A DNA stretch of 64,000 nt. Source: Amphiscolops sp. MND2022. Lineage: Eukaryota. Under the pieces are notes generated by a model. It ran no database searches. It saw only the letters and a program-made list of their open reading frames with translations, and had not been told where the DNA came from. Location: NCBI GenBank assembly GCA_964187785.1, contig OZ076413.1, forward strand, positions 50,656,001 through 50,720,000. The letters are read 5' to 3'. Below, piece by piece: positions 52,770 to 64,000 of this stretch. Numbering within the stretch: position 1 is the stretch's first letter; each line of letters begins with the position of its first letter. A program made the position numbers and the translations under genes.

Positions 52770-53625
52770 TGCAAAACGGGAATAATGTCTAAAGCCAAGT
52801 AATGCCCATTCCCTGTATAGAGACCTTGAGTTTTAGTATGGGCGCAAAGAACGACTGAAAGGGTTTCGGAATATTGTATGAAAAATTTCAAGAAAAACGT
52901 CCAAAATTCAATGTATTACGATTGAAAGTAAGCATGACTTGGCTTTAGACGTTATTCCGTAGAGCGGGAATAACATTTAGGAGGGGGAATAACGTCTAAA
53001 GGTCCACTGGGAGAAACGTTTAACGGAATAACATCTAAACTTTTTTGCGCTTTCAGATATCATGGATCTTCGTCATCAATCAAGTGCCATGTGTATCATC
53101 ATGTTGGGGGGAGAAGATATTTAAACTGAAAAGAGGAATAACGTCTAAAAAATCGGGAATAACGTCTAAAAAGTGGAATGACGTCTGAATGCAAAACAGG
53201 AATATCGTCTAAATGCAAAACGCGAATAACGTCTAGAGCCAAGTCATGCCCATTCCTTATATAGAGACCTTGAATCTTAGTATGGGCGCAAATAACGTCT
53301 AAAAAATGTTTTGGAATATGTTCTAAAAATTTTTCGGGAATAACGTCTAAACTTCAATGTATTAAGATTGGAAATGAGCATGACTTGGAGCTAGACGTTG
53401 TTCCGGAGAGCGGAAATAACATCTAAGGAATAACGTCTAAATGCAAAACGGGAATAACGTCTAAAGCCAAGTCATGCCCTTTCCCTATTAAGAGACCTCG
53501 AATTCTAGTATGGGCGCGAATACCGTCTAAAAATGTTTCGGAATAACGTCTAAAAATGTTTCGGAATAGCTTCTAAAAATGTTTCGGAATAACGTTTAAA
53601 ATGTTTCGGGAATAACGTCTAAAGT
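52770..53625. repeat. Array of GGAATAACGTCTAAA subrepeats (foldback-transposon relic)
   Basis: The motif occurs many times in both orientations and again at about 59940-60100. Confidence 0.7.
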
Positions 53626-56361
53626 TCAGTTCCCTTGAATAGATATAAATCTCATGGTTTCCGCCGAATTTGGGGGTCTATGGTTATAACTGATGATGAA
53701 CTATGTTCGAAACCGGAACTTTTCTGAAATCCGACCGGAATTCCGGTACATCCCTACCTAAAAGTGATTTTAGATCTTATTTTTCAGATCTTATTCACTC
53801 CTCTAGAGAAGTAAATAAGATCTAAAAAATAAGATCTAAAGGGAATAATCTAAAGGGAATTCCCTAGAGAATAAGATCTGAAAAATGAGATTTAAAGGGA
53901 ATAAGATCTGAAATCACTTTTAGATCTTATTCCCCGTTGTTTGAGACGTTATTTTAGACCCCCAAATTCGGTGGGAACTATGAGGTTTATATCTATTCAT
54001 GAGAACAATTCAATTCTCTATTTAGCGACACATGAACCGATGAATTATGAATAAAATAAGGCCACAATATCTACTTTTTGGGATGAAATATTACCAAAAA
54101 TACCCCCAAAAACGAAAATCCTACCTATCACAGCGGCTTCAGGAAACGCGGTGCCGAAAAGCGTCCTTAATGCTACCCGGGTCATTAAGGTAACCCATAT
54201 AAAAGAACAGAAACAACGGGTTTAAAGATAACATTGACAAAATGATTCATGGATGCGCGCCGATTTCCAATAATAACCGCTAGGTGATAATCGAATTTTT
54301 CGAAAGTTTCGAACATGTTCAATCTTACTATGATCATAGTCACCGACATGCTATTCATAATATGACCATACTATGATCATAGTATGACAATCATTTTCCA
54401 TCATGACCATACTATGACATGGTATGATTCATCATTTCCGATTATGTTGGTCAACCTGGGTGTACAACAATATTTATAAATCTGATGTTATAAATGGGCG
54501 CATTTTTTGTAATTTTATAACAATGATGTGGGTAAAATTTCTTTGAAAATGAGTGTCATAAAACTGAGAATAGGCACCAGTAGACGGAGTGTAAGAAAGC
54601 ACAACCCCGTTTCAATCATTTCTTAGAAAACACTAGCAAAAACTAGACCCACATTTCATTACTTCAGAACTTGTGCGTTTATCATGATCTTCAATTCATC
54701 TTCTATTCTCGTTTTATCAAATTGGCATTATGTTCAACTCTTTGAACTTTGTTATCGACTTCAAACTTTTTCACCTTGTCTATTTCATTTAAAATTCTTC
54801 TCTCCAACAAAATACCATTTCGTTCTGACTGAAAATGGGAAACAAGAGAAACAGGAGTTCTAGACCAGGACAATCGGCCTCATCTGAGAGACAGATAAGA
54901 GCTTCAGAAGGCAATGAGGCTATTATTAAAACACTCAGTGACTTTCAAAATGTTAGTTTCGTTAGGAGTAGAAAAGTACTTTCAAACGAATGGACCCAAA
55001 ATGAGAATGAGATTCAAGTGTGGACGCAGAGAATGACCGAAGGAACAAAACACAAAATGTCAGAGTTAAGAAAAGAAATGAAATTTAAGCTAGAAATTAT
55101 GTAAGAAATGAAGAACAGCAAGAATGGGCATTCACTTCCAGCTAACGAAAATTATGAACAAAATACCTCCCAAATGGAAACACCCGAACACGCAAATAAT
55201 GGAGACGGTGAATTAAACGAATCCAATGTCGACAATCAAGAAAATAGAATACAGGATAATCCTTTTAAAGCCTTTTGAATAAGTTAGATGACCAATTCAA
55301 CCGGTTTGTATACAGAATTTTGACCTGGATGACATTGAATATAAATGAAGACCGTACGTACAGGAGATGGACTATCACAGCTTCGTTTAAATTAAAACAG
55401 CCAGCAAAATTTAATGCTGCTTAACTGATCTGTCTGAACATTTCTATCATTTCTAGTTTCTACATATCATCCTTATCTCTATCTAGTCACTATCGAACCA
55501 TCTGAACATGTCTTTCCTTTCTCTCTTTTCTGTCTGTTTTTCTTTTTTCCATCTCATTGCCACTTATTTATCTCCAACCTGTATCTATTTAACTTGTTTT
55601 GGTATTGTCTTCATCTCTTCTCTGTTTTTTTTTATATTTCTCCATATAATAGGTCTTTGTCTTACCTTTTTCAATTGTGTCTCCTCATCAACTATCTATA
55701 TTTTTATTCGGCTCTTTTTGAAAAAAAAATGCGACTGTTATAGTACCTTTTTGTCGTGTTTGTTTTCAAACCGATCGAAGTGGCCATTTTATGACAAAAT
55801 GTTGGAAGGGTCTTCCCAATCCTATTTTCAAGTACTTGTTCATATTAAATAGGGTTTTTCCGAAACCTATTAGGTTATTTTCGGAAATGAGAAATAGCCC
55901 TTTCGGTTTTTTGATATTCTTGGACGAGAAAAAGCGTTTTCAAGTCTAAGAATCACCCCCTGTAGTTTTTTTCGGTGCTGCGATTTTTGGAAATGTTTCA
56001 TTGCACAAAAGTGTTCTCGCTCTGATTCTATGGTTTTTCTGGTAGGCTATAAAAGTTTTTGATGAGAATAAATGCAAAAAAGTCCTTTTAGGCACAAAAG
56101 TATCATCAAGATTTTCATTAATCAACCTTCCTTGATATGGTTTTTGCTAAATGTCAAGTTAAGTCAAATGATTTCACTTTACAATTGATGAAAAAGGCAC
56201 CAGTTCAACTAATACTAGGTGCAAAATCTAAAATGAAAAAATTGCCCATTTTTCAAATCCAATAATGATGAGAAAAGAGTTAAATGCTCTTTGTGGTCTG
56301 AAAGTGAGTTTTTAGGCACACCTTGCTGGGAATCGGAGTTTAAAAATCTGAATTAACTTGA

Positions 56362-57117
56362 AACAAGCCGGGACCGGCCCAAGTCGGCGCCATATCCAAG
56401 GCTCAAAAATAGCAAAAAGACTTCCAAGTGTCAAGTATTCGCTTTTACAGTACTCGAAAATCGAAAATTTTTCGAAAAAAAATTTCGAAAAAATTACATA
56501 TTCAAAAAAATGGACCGAGTGGCGCGCCGGGGCCCGCTAGCACGAGCCCCTGGCGCGCTAAAAGAGGGACACGTCCGAAATTGTCAACATTTTTGTCGCA
56601 GTTGAAGGGGGGACCCTTCGTAGAAAAAACAAATTTTCGAAAAAAGTCTCACATGGCCGAAAAACTGAAAGGGGGGACCCTTTGGGGTTTTTCAACATCC
56701 ATTCTGTCGCAAAACATCAAAAAATTGAAGTGGGGAAGGTTTTTATTTTCGGAAAAAAAATCTCACAGTGCCGAAAAAAACTGTAAGGGGGGACCCTTTG
56801 GGATTTTCCAACATCCATTCTGACGCAAAACAGCAAAAAATTTGAAGGGGGGACCCTTTGGGAAAATTTTTTTTTCGAAAAAAGTCTCGCAGTGCCGAAA
56901 AAAATGAAAGAGGGGACCTTTTGGTCTCGCCCGGTATGGTATGTTACGCGGAAAAACAGGAAAAACCCTTTTGGTTCAGTTCGCTAGGTCAAATAGTGCA
57001 ATTTGGTGCAATAATATTTTATAGAACTTTTAAGAACTATTTTGGTCAGTTCGTGTGGATAGAAAAAAAGAATCACTATAATAGTCGCGTTTCACTTCAT
57101 GAAGCGCCAGCTAAAAA
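56362..57117 (-). mobile_element. Helentron/DINE-like element (subfamily with GC hairpin)
   Basis: Highly similar to 24315-24960, including ACAAGCCGGGACCGG..AAGTCGGCGCC and the GGCGCGCCGGGGC..GCCCCTGGCGCGC hairpin. Confidence 0.7.
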
Positions 57118-57789
57118 AATGAAAAAATAAAGACTGTGTAACATGTAGTCTTTTAATTGTTCAAGCACATACTTGCGTTTAAACAAATCACAATTGTGAT
57201 TTGAGCATCACATGTAAGTCAGCGACATACTGTTCAACGTCACGTATTTTGTTGTAGTCTCTAGAGTTCTATATCTTGTTGTCCATTTCGCTCTATCAAT
57301 GAAGAGCAGTTTCAAACTTTTGACATCTACTGCAGTTCTGTAGCTGAAATTTCAGATCTCTGAGAATAATGCATTGTTTCAAAAATCTTGAAATGCGTAT
57401 ATAAAATGTGACGACGTTTTCGACGATTTTTTTTACGACGTTTTCAAGAACGCCAACCCAAAATACCACTAATGTTACAGTAGCGTTCTCAAATACCGCA
57501 TAATTTACAAAAATTGTGTGGAATTGATACGACCCACATTGAGAAAGTTTGAAATAGCAAATGCTAAAAAATTGTAATTGAAATTCAAAGTTTCCAAATT
57601 TTGAGAGGCCTGAAGTAATTTTTTGGAGTTTTCTGTCATTCGGAACGCTACTGTACATTTCAAGAAGTTTAGATGGCACTAAGTCACTGCCTTTACAAAG
57701 TAATTATATATTTTCCATTCTTCAAACATAATGAGTTTAATGCGGTTTAAGGTTGGTATGCGGTTTAAGAGTACAGAAACAATTCCTTT

Positions 57790-60700
57790 TCACTCTAAAT
57801 TGAAACCTTCGCTGTTATCCATGGCCATTAACAGTTTGGCCGATAGTTGCTCCTTGCTGTCGTAACTGGGCAGTTGAAGTTCATTGAAACAAGTGTGCGC
57901 AACCGGAAGATGCTCGCTGGTTGTGTCCACGTGTTTGATCACGAAGTTCATGTCCTGAAAAAAAAAGGGAACAATCTAAAGTTCCTTCGATTACAGTCCA
58001 AAAAACTTTCTTTTTTGCCCGAGATTCGTAATTAGCGAGTATTCACTGATTTCATGTTGACAATATTAGCTTTGACAGGGGATATAATGATTAGGTTGAA
58101 GGTTTTATTTCGTTGCTATTTACGCTAAATTGGATTTTGCTTTAACTGAGATTCAACTGTGTCTACAAAAAGCTCGAAGTTTTTGGGTGAACAAAGACGT
58201 TTTAATTTCTATTAATGCTCTACCAACAATTGCATTTTGACAGAGTCCAAAGAGTTTTTCATTGACTTTTGGAATTTTGGACTTCTTTGAACAACATTTC
58301 AACAAAAATCTTGAAGGAAAACTTAAAGGAAGATCTGAAAGGATTCTGAAGGAAAGGATTCTGAAAAATTGAAGGAATATCAACTTTGATGATAAAGTGA
58401 GTTAGGTTTTCCCTTTCTAAATTTTCGCGTAGGATTTGAATAGGTGATCAATTGCGTTTTAAACATACTGTCGGTTCGATATTGGAATTAACCCGACTTG
58501 CTATTTTCCTAACCTTTTCTCAACAATAAATTTTGGCGAAAAGTTCACTGGAACAATGAAAAAACTGATTCATCCTCGTTTGATACCGTCTAGAAATTGA
58601 GAACTCAACGCTGGTTACGCAATTTATCGAATTATGTGATCCAAACAAAAAACTGTTGAAAATAAATTGAGAACTGTTCATAGAAGATAAATTTCAAGCA
58701 AGGGTATCTTTTCATTTCAAGTTGCTGTAAAGTTTTTCAAAAAGTGTGCAAAAGATCTAAGGCTCTATCACTGGCTCTCTATAGCTAGTTTCTCATATAA
58801 TTGAGATTTTTTCCTCAGCAAACACAGATTCAAATTGCGAGTTATGAGAACGGTTCGAGAGAAAAATGCATTTCTCGCGAGATCTTTCAAGGAAATGTTT
58901 CCATATGATCGTTGACTGAAGTCGTAGATTAACTACTCCAATGAAATTCAGTTTTCGCTTGAATGGTATCATCGAAAAGCTTACTTCGAAACCTCCGATC
59001 GGGAGCCTGTCTGATCCTGTGAGGAAAGAAAGAAACTTTTGTTTCTGAGGGTTGCCGAAGTCTTGCAGTGCCTCCCAGAGCATGCCTATTGTGGGGAGAG
59101 ACACCTTGGTGAAATCTTTGTACTTGCAACATTTCTTCATTGCGCAAATGTTGATCAAGTTGGTGTCTTGTCCGTTGATGAGAAGTTGTAACTCTTCTGG
59201 TCGCAATAATTTCAGAACTGGGTTGTCGCACACAAAATGAAAACCTGAACAAATAAATGAAAACATATCGCTCAAATATCATGTAAGAATGGGTTACATG
59301 TCATGACTCCTGAGATAGAATCTCTCACTTTAAAATCTCTTGAATTTCAATTTTCTAGACGAAAATCTACTAGGTTAAAAACATAGAAATAAGATAAAGT
59401 CTGAATAAAATGAAGTCAAAGAAGCATTTTTTGTCTCAATGGCCGCTTCCTCCTTCTGGCCGCTTCGGGTCGACCTTCATCAAAACCAGCCGCTTCATTT
59501 TGCCCCTGCATTCTGGGCATGATCGGTTTATGAACGTAGCTAATCTAAAAACCCAGTGTAAAATATCTTGAAACTCCTGTCAAGATGTTGGATTTGCCTG
59601 CAAATTCCCATTACCGCTTGAAACCTTTGAAAAGATCTTAACTATTTTTGGACAGTTACAAAATCTTGAAATTCTTGTCAAGATTTTAATCAAGAAATAC
59701 AAGAGGTGAAAAAATTGAAATTCATCGTTGGGGCATGAAATTTGCACCTGTCACATTTCCGTACATTAGAACTGTGAATAAATATTCTCTTACAGAGTTA
59801 CCTTAAAGACCCGGGTAGCATCAAGGACGCTATTCAGCACGGGGTTTCTGAAGCCAATGGATAGGTAGGATTTTATGAACTTTTGGCTAGATTGTCATGA
59901 TTTCTAGATAAAAATGGCCGATATTTGCAAACTTTGGTGGAATAAGATCTAAAAACACTATTTCACTGGAACAAGATCTAAAATTGCTGCATTTTGGTAG
60001 AAAAAGATCTGAAATCACTGTACTTAACTGGAATAACGTCTAAAATCACTGTATGTTGGTAGAATACCGTCTAATAAAAATTTGTGGAATAACGTCTAAA
60101 ATCACGTTTTTTGAGATAGCTGCAAACTTCCCCGGGAAAACTTCACCGGCAAACTTCCCCGGGCCGTTGCCGTTGGAACCCATTTCCCACAACTACCTGT
60201 TCTTTTTTGTTCAATTAGGTTTCGCATTAATGTTTTGCTGTTCAAGTGGATTTGCTCATTAGTGGAACATCATTTTATGGATGTAGGCTGCTTCTGATTC
60301 AACCGGTTTGGTGAATATGAATTGTAGATTAAATTTAACCAGTCTTCGGGTTTTGGATTACCTCGTTTCATGTATTCGAAAAAAAGGTCTTTCGTTTTGC
60401 TTCAATAGAAAAACCCTCGTATTATTCTTGATTTCTTGAAGTGCGGTTCCTTGCGGTAATGTTAGTTTTTGCACGTTTTTCAGCTGATTTCCTTCTCTAT
60501 TTTTACTTTGAAGTCTTTCTTTGTTTCGAGATTCAGAAGTTTTGTTGAGTTTTTTCGATGTCTTCTTTTGTTGGACCTTCTGGAGGCCACGTTCTCGTCG
60601 TGGATCCTGTCACAAGAAATCGAAACGGCGAAACGATTTCCTTAGCTGAGGGCCTCCGAACTCAGTATAAAGAATGTGATTAGAGTTAGCTGCAAACTTT

Positions 60701-63700
60701 GTTTGCGGTTGGAAACCATATCTGAAAACTATCTGGTGGACTTTTCCATGGTTATAAATTTTATTTCATTGATTTTAGAATTCCTTCCTGATCTTTTAGG
60801 GTTCGGATTTCATTGCGGTTGACTCGGTTGTAAACGAGAATCTTGAGTCCTCTCGCTTTTTCCCGCTTATTCTTGGGTTTTCCCGGATTTCTTGACATGA
60901 TTCTTCGTACTTCTAGCTTTTCCCTGAGAAGTTTTTCTGTACTAGAAACCTCTTTTGTTCGTTTTCTTCTCGGTGGTAACATTTAGCCATTTTTCTTTAA
61001 GTTTTTGCCAAGATCTTACAAGATTGTACATTTTCTTGGCGCTCTTGGTAAAAATATTGCCAAGATTCTTACCAAGGGTTTCAGGAATTCGCAAGATTCT
61101 TGTCAAAAGTTCCAAGATATTTTATACAGGATACTCCCTAATCAAGGAAATTTTTAACCTGGGAGATTTTTGTCTTATGAGATTTTAACCTAGAAGATTA
61201 ACCTAGAGAGTATAAGTGAGGAGATTTTGACTTGATACCGTAAAATCCATTATAAAATATATTCTTATAAACGACCTTTAAGAAACTGCTGAAATCAAAA
61301 CGTATTCCATTCATGAATAGAAATGATTAATAGTGGTTTGCTTTTTGGTTTCAAAACCTAATTTTTGTCCCGAGCAAGGGTTCTAATAAAATTAGTTCAC
61401 AATGAAAATTATGCAAATTTATGAATTTTGATGGATGTGGACCTATACACGCCATGCTCACTATTATTAATATTCATGCAGTCTTGTTGAGTGTTATTAA
61501 ATACGATACCAGTCCGGACACTGAAAAAATTGACATTGAAAAAATTGACTATAGTCCCTTAGATAGGTAGTTTTCTCAAATGAGTTTTTGCATCTTTTGC
61601 GTGCGTGAAAAATGGTTTGATAGACTCCTGAAGATATTTATTTGAATGATATCAATAACATGAAATACCCTTGTAGAATGCTCGGAACTGTTTCTCTGCG
61701 TGGTTGTTGACGTAGAAGTCGACGTATCTTCTGACATAATCGGCTCTGTTCTCATTTGTGACGTTGACACTATTACCATGTTTCTTGAGAATGTAGCTCT
61801 TAGTTTTCTCATTCTCTGTCACACTGTAGAAAACATTGAAATAGTGAAAGACAATGAGAAAGTAAAATTTCGAAAAAGATTTCGAAGTCCGATACAGTTT
61901 TTAGTCGGAGCTTTTAGTTAACTAAATTTGGCCGACGATTACCGTCACTCTTTGTTTTTAGGGCAGACACAAATTCGACAAAACTGAAAAGGCGGCCAAT
62001 ATGTTTCAGTTTAAGAACTCAAGTGTACTAACCTAAGAGCTAAATGGTCTTCCTTTTAATTTTTTTACATCACCTCATTTTTACATCACCAGAAAAACAA
62101 AATTGTGCAGTGTCACCTTTGAGTTTTTTTGGGATTTTCTGAAAGTTTAAAATTTCACCTGCGGGTCCCCTGGATTTTAAGAGTCGGAAAATTTTTTGAC
62201 TGCTTATGCAATCGTACATTTTTTCTCCCATGACATTCAATGAAAATTTCCAATTTCTCAAAAACTGTCAAACGATTCTTATAAAATTTAGCACAGTCAC
62301 TTTACGCGCAAATGTGCTTCTGCGTGCGCAATGACATCAAAATCGTATGACTGGGATTCGTATCTGAGAAAAATAGCCAAAATTAGTCGAAAAATTACCA
62401 AAAAGAGCTATTTTTGGACGTACTTCGATTTTCTCAAATACTGTTCATACGATTCAAACGAAATTTTCTACAGTCATTCTACAGCATATTAGAGTCCTAC
62501 GTGTGCAATGGCATCAAAATCGTATGGCTGGGATGTGAGAACCAAAGCCAAAATATGTCCAAAAATTACCAAATGACAAAAATTTGTTATTCCATATTCT
62601 AATCCGTTTCCAACTCCGACCGCGCATGTGGCTCTGGTTTAAATTTCCAGTCAGAAAAAAAACATTTTAAGCTCAAAAGGGTGTTTTTTGACGATGTGAG
62701 ATTTTTCACAACTTTCATAAAAACTAGAATGAAAAGGCCTTTGATCAGTTTTCGAAAAAGTCACTGTCGATAAAAATATCATATACCGCTTTGTAATCCG
62801 ATTAAATATGTTTTGAAAAATGGGTCTATTTTGAATCATTTTGGCATTCTGCAGTTTTGTTTGAAAAGTTATAGTTTGAAGAAAACTATAGAAGTAGCGT
62901 TTTAGTTCATAAAGCGACGACTGAAAAATTGAATAAATAGTTCACGTTCAAGAAGTGTTTAATTTTATTAGGAGTCGGAAAAAATTTTCGACTACTTATG
63001 CAATCGTGTTGTTTTTTTTTTCTCCCGACCTTTTCATGAAAATTTCAAATTTCTCAAAAACTGTCCATACGATTTTCACGAAATTTTGCACAGTCATTCT
63101 ACACCCAAAGGGGCCCCTGCGTGTGCAAAGGCATCAAAATCGTATGGCTGGGATGTGAGAAACATAGCCAAAATTAGCCCAAAAATGGCCAAAAAACAGC
63201 CATTTTTCGACTTTTTTCGATTTTCTCAAAAACTGTCCATACGATTCGAACGAAATTTTCTACAGTTATTCTACACCATATTAGAGTCCTATATGTGCAA
63301 TGGCATCAAAATCGTATGGCTGGGATGTGAGAAACATAGCCAAAATTAGCCCAAAATGGCCAAAAAACAGCCATTTTTCGACTTTTTTCGATTTTCTCAA
63401 AAACTGTCCATACGATTCGAACGAAATTTTCTACAGATATTCTACACCATATTAGAGTCCTATATGTGCAATGGCATCAAAATCGTATGGCTGGGATGTG
63501 AGAAACATAGCCAAAATTAGCCCAAAAATGGCCAAAAAACAGCCATTTTTCGACTTTTTTCGATTTTCTCAAAAACTGTCCATACGATTCGAACGAAATT
63601 TTCTACAGATATTCTACACCATATTAGAGTCCTATATGTGCAATGGCATCAAAATCGTATGGCTGGGATGTGAGAAACATAGCCAAAATTAGCCCAAAAA

Positions 63701-64000
63701 TGGTCAAAAAAGGGCCATTTTTCGACTTCAGAAAAAAAAAGACCTAAGCCGACTCCTTTACCGCACATGCGGCTCTGGGTTGATATCTTCCATTCAAATT
63801 TTCTAAAAATACAAATGTAAATGCAAATACAAATAATATACAAACCAACCTGATTGTGAAGTTCAAAGAAAAGTCTTGTTCCACGTTTCCATCATAGGCT
63901 AATAAATATTCCAGGTTTTTAGCCAGACTGGGTTGAATCTCAGCCAGATCTTCCAAATTGGGATCAATCAGTCCTAGAAATGCGTCATCAGCACAAGCGG
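57790..64000 (-). CDS. HECTD2: HECT-domain E3 ubiquitin ligase, HECTD2-like, 3' exons (5'-partial)
   Basis: Minus-strand exons 64000-63850, 61823-61669, 59244-58985, 57954-57790 (TGA), phases consistent. Translation: [107 protein letters not shown]. The catalytic HTCF Cys is present and the C-terminus resembles HECTD2 (NSEGFGLE, recalled). Confidence 0.88.
60572..60657 (+). ncRNA. HDV-like (CPEB3-type) self-cleaving ribozyme fold, partly degenerate
   Basis: P1 TGGACCT/GGATCCT (5 of 7 pairs), P2 GGAGGCC/GGCCTCC (7 of 7), P3 ACG/CGT, L3 TTCTCGT, G-T-C after P1, P4 AAATCG..CGATTT, J4/2 G-C(60646)-T-G-A. Element order matches the HDV double pseudoknot. Confidence 0.65.
63040..63730. repeat. Tandem repeat, about 171-172-bp unit, about 4 copies (older degenerate copies at about 62240-62600)
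   Basis: CGTATGGCTGGGATGTGAGAAAC recurs at about 63141, 63313, 63484 and 63656. Confidence 0.9.

Noticed and set aside
52770..53625. Possible CRISPR-like array of GGAATAACGTCTAAA
   Set aside because: Spacing is irregular, the spacers are themselves repeated and both orientations occur, so this is a transposon subrepeat.
53685..53752. Hammerhead-like CTGATGA..GAAAC with a plausible stem III
   Set aside because: Stem I cannot form and the first pair of stem II is T-C. It lies inside an inverted-repeat element (53629-54006).
60761..60982. Basic [13 protein letters not shown] on the minus strand
   Set aside because: Short, no recognisable domain, no splice support, and it lies in a degenerate intronic repeat.
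19769..64000. Functional link between the PPxY protein and the neighbouring HECT ligase
   Set aside because: HECTD2-type ligases lack WW domains, and neighbourhood in an animal genome is not evidence of a shared pathway.

Overview
AT-rich, intron-rich eukaryotic (animal) genomic DNA. The repeat style suggests an acoel flatworm, which is an unverified impression. I could build four protein-coding genes. (1) The 3' part of a RIC1 (Rab6 GEF subunit) homolog on +, with 11 phase-consistent exons from 350 to 15418. (2) An intronless 749-aa orphan type I membrane protein on -, 19769-22018. (3) A spliced, divergent Ig-superfamily receptor on + (at least 2 Ig-like domains, a Cys motif and a TM helix), 37875-49902, with its 5' end unresolved. 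(4) The 3' end of a HECTD2-like HECT E3 ligase on -, 57790 to beyond 64000. Introns and intergenic DNA are full of DNA-transposon relics: a full-length dead hAT (8-bp TSD), a deleted Tc1/mariner, Mutator/foldback, piggyBac and Tigger-type MITEs, and an abundant Helentron/DINE-like family. The most notable non-obvious signal is two divergent HDV-like (CPEB3-type) ribozyme folds (60572-60657 +, 52537-52614 -) with an identical core and partly co-varying P1. Other highlights are a cluster of spacer-less long palindromes in the Ig gene introns and a candidate 6-nt microexon/recursive splice site in RIC1.
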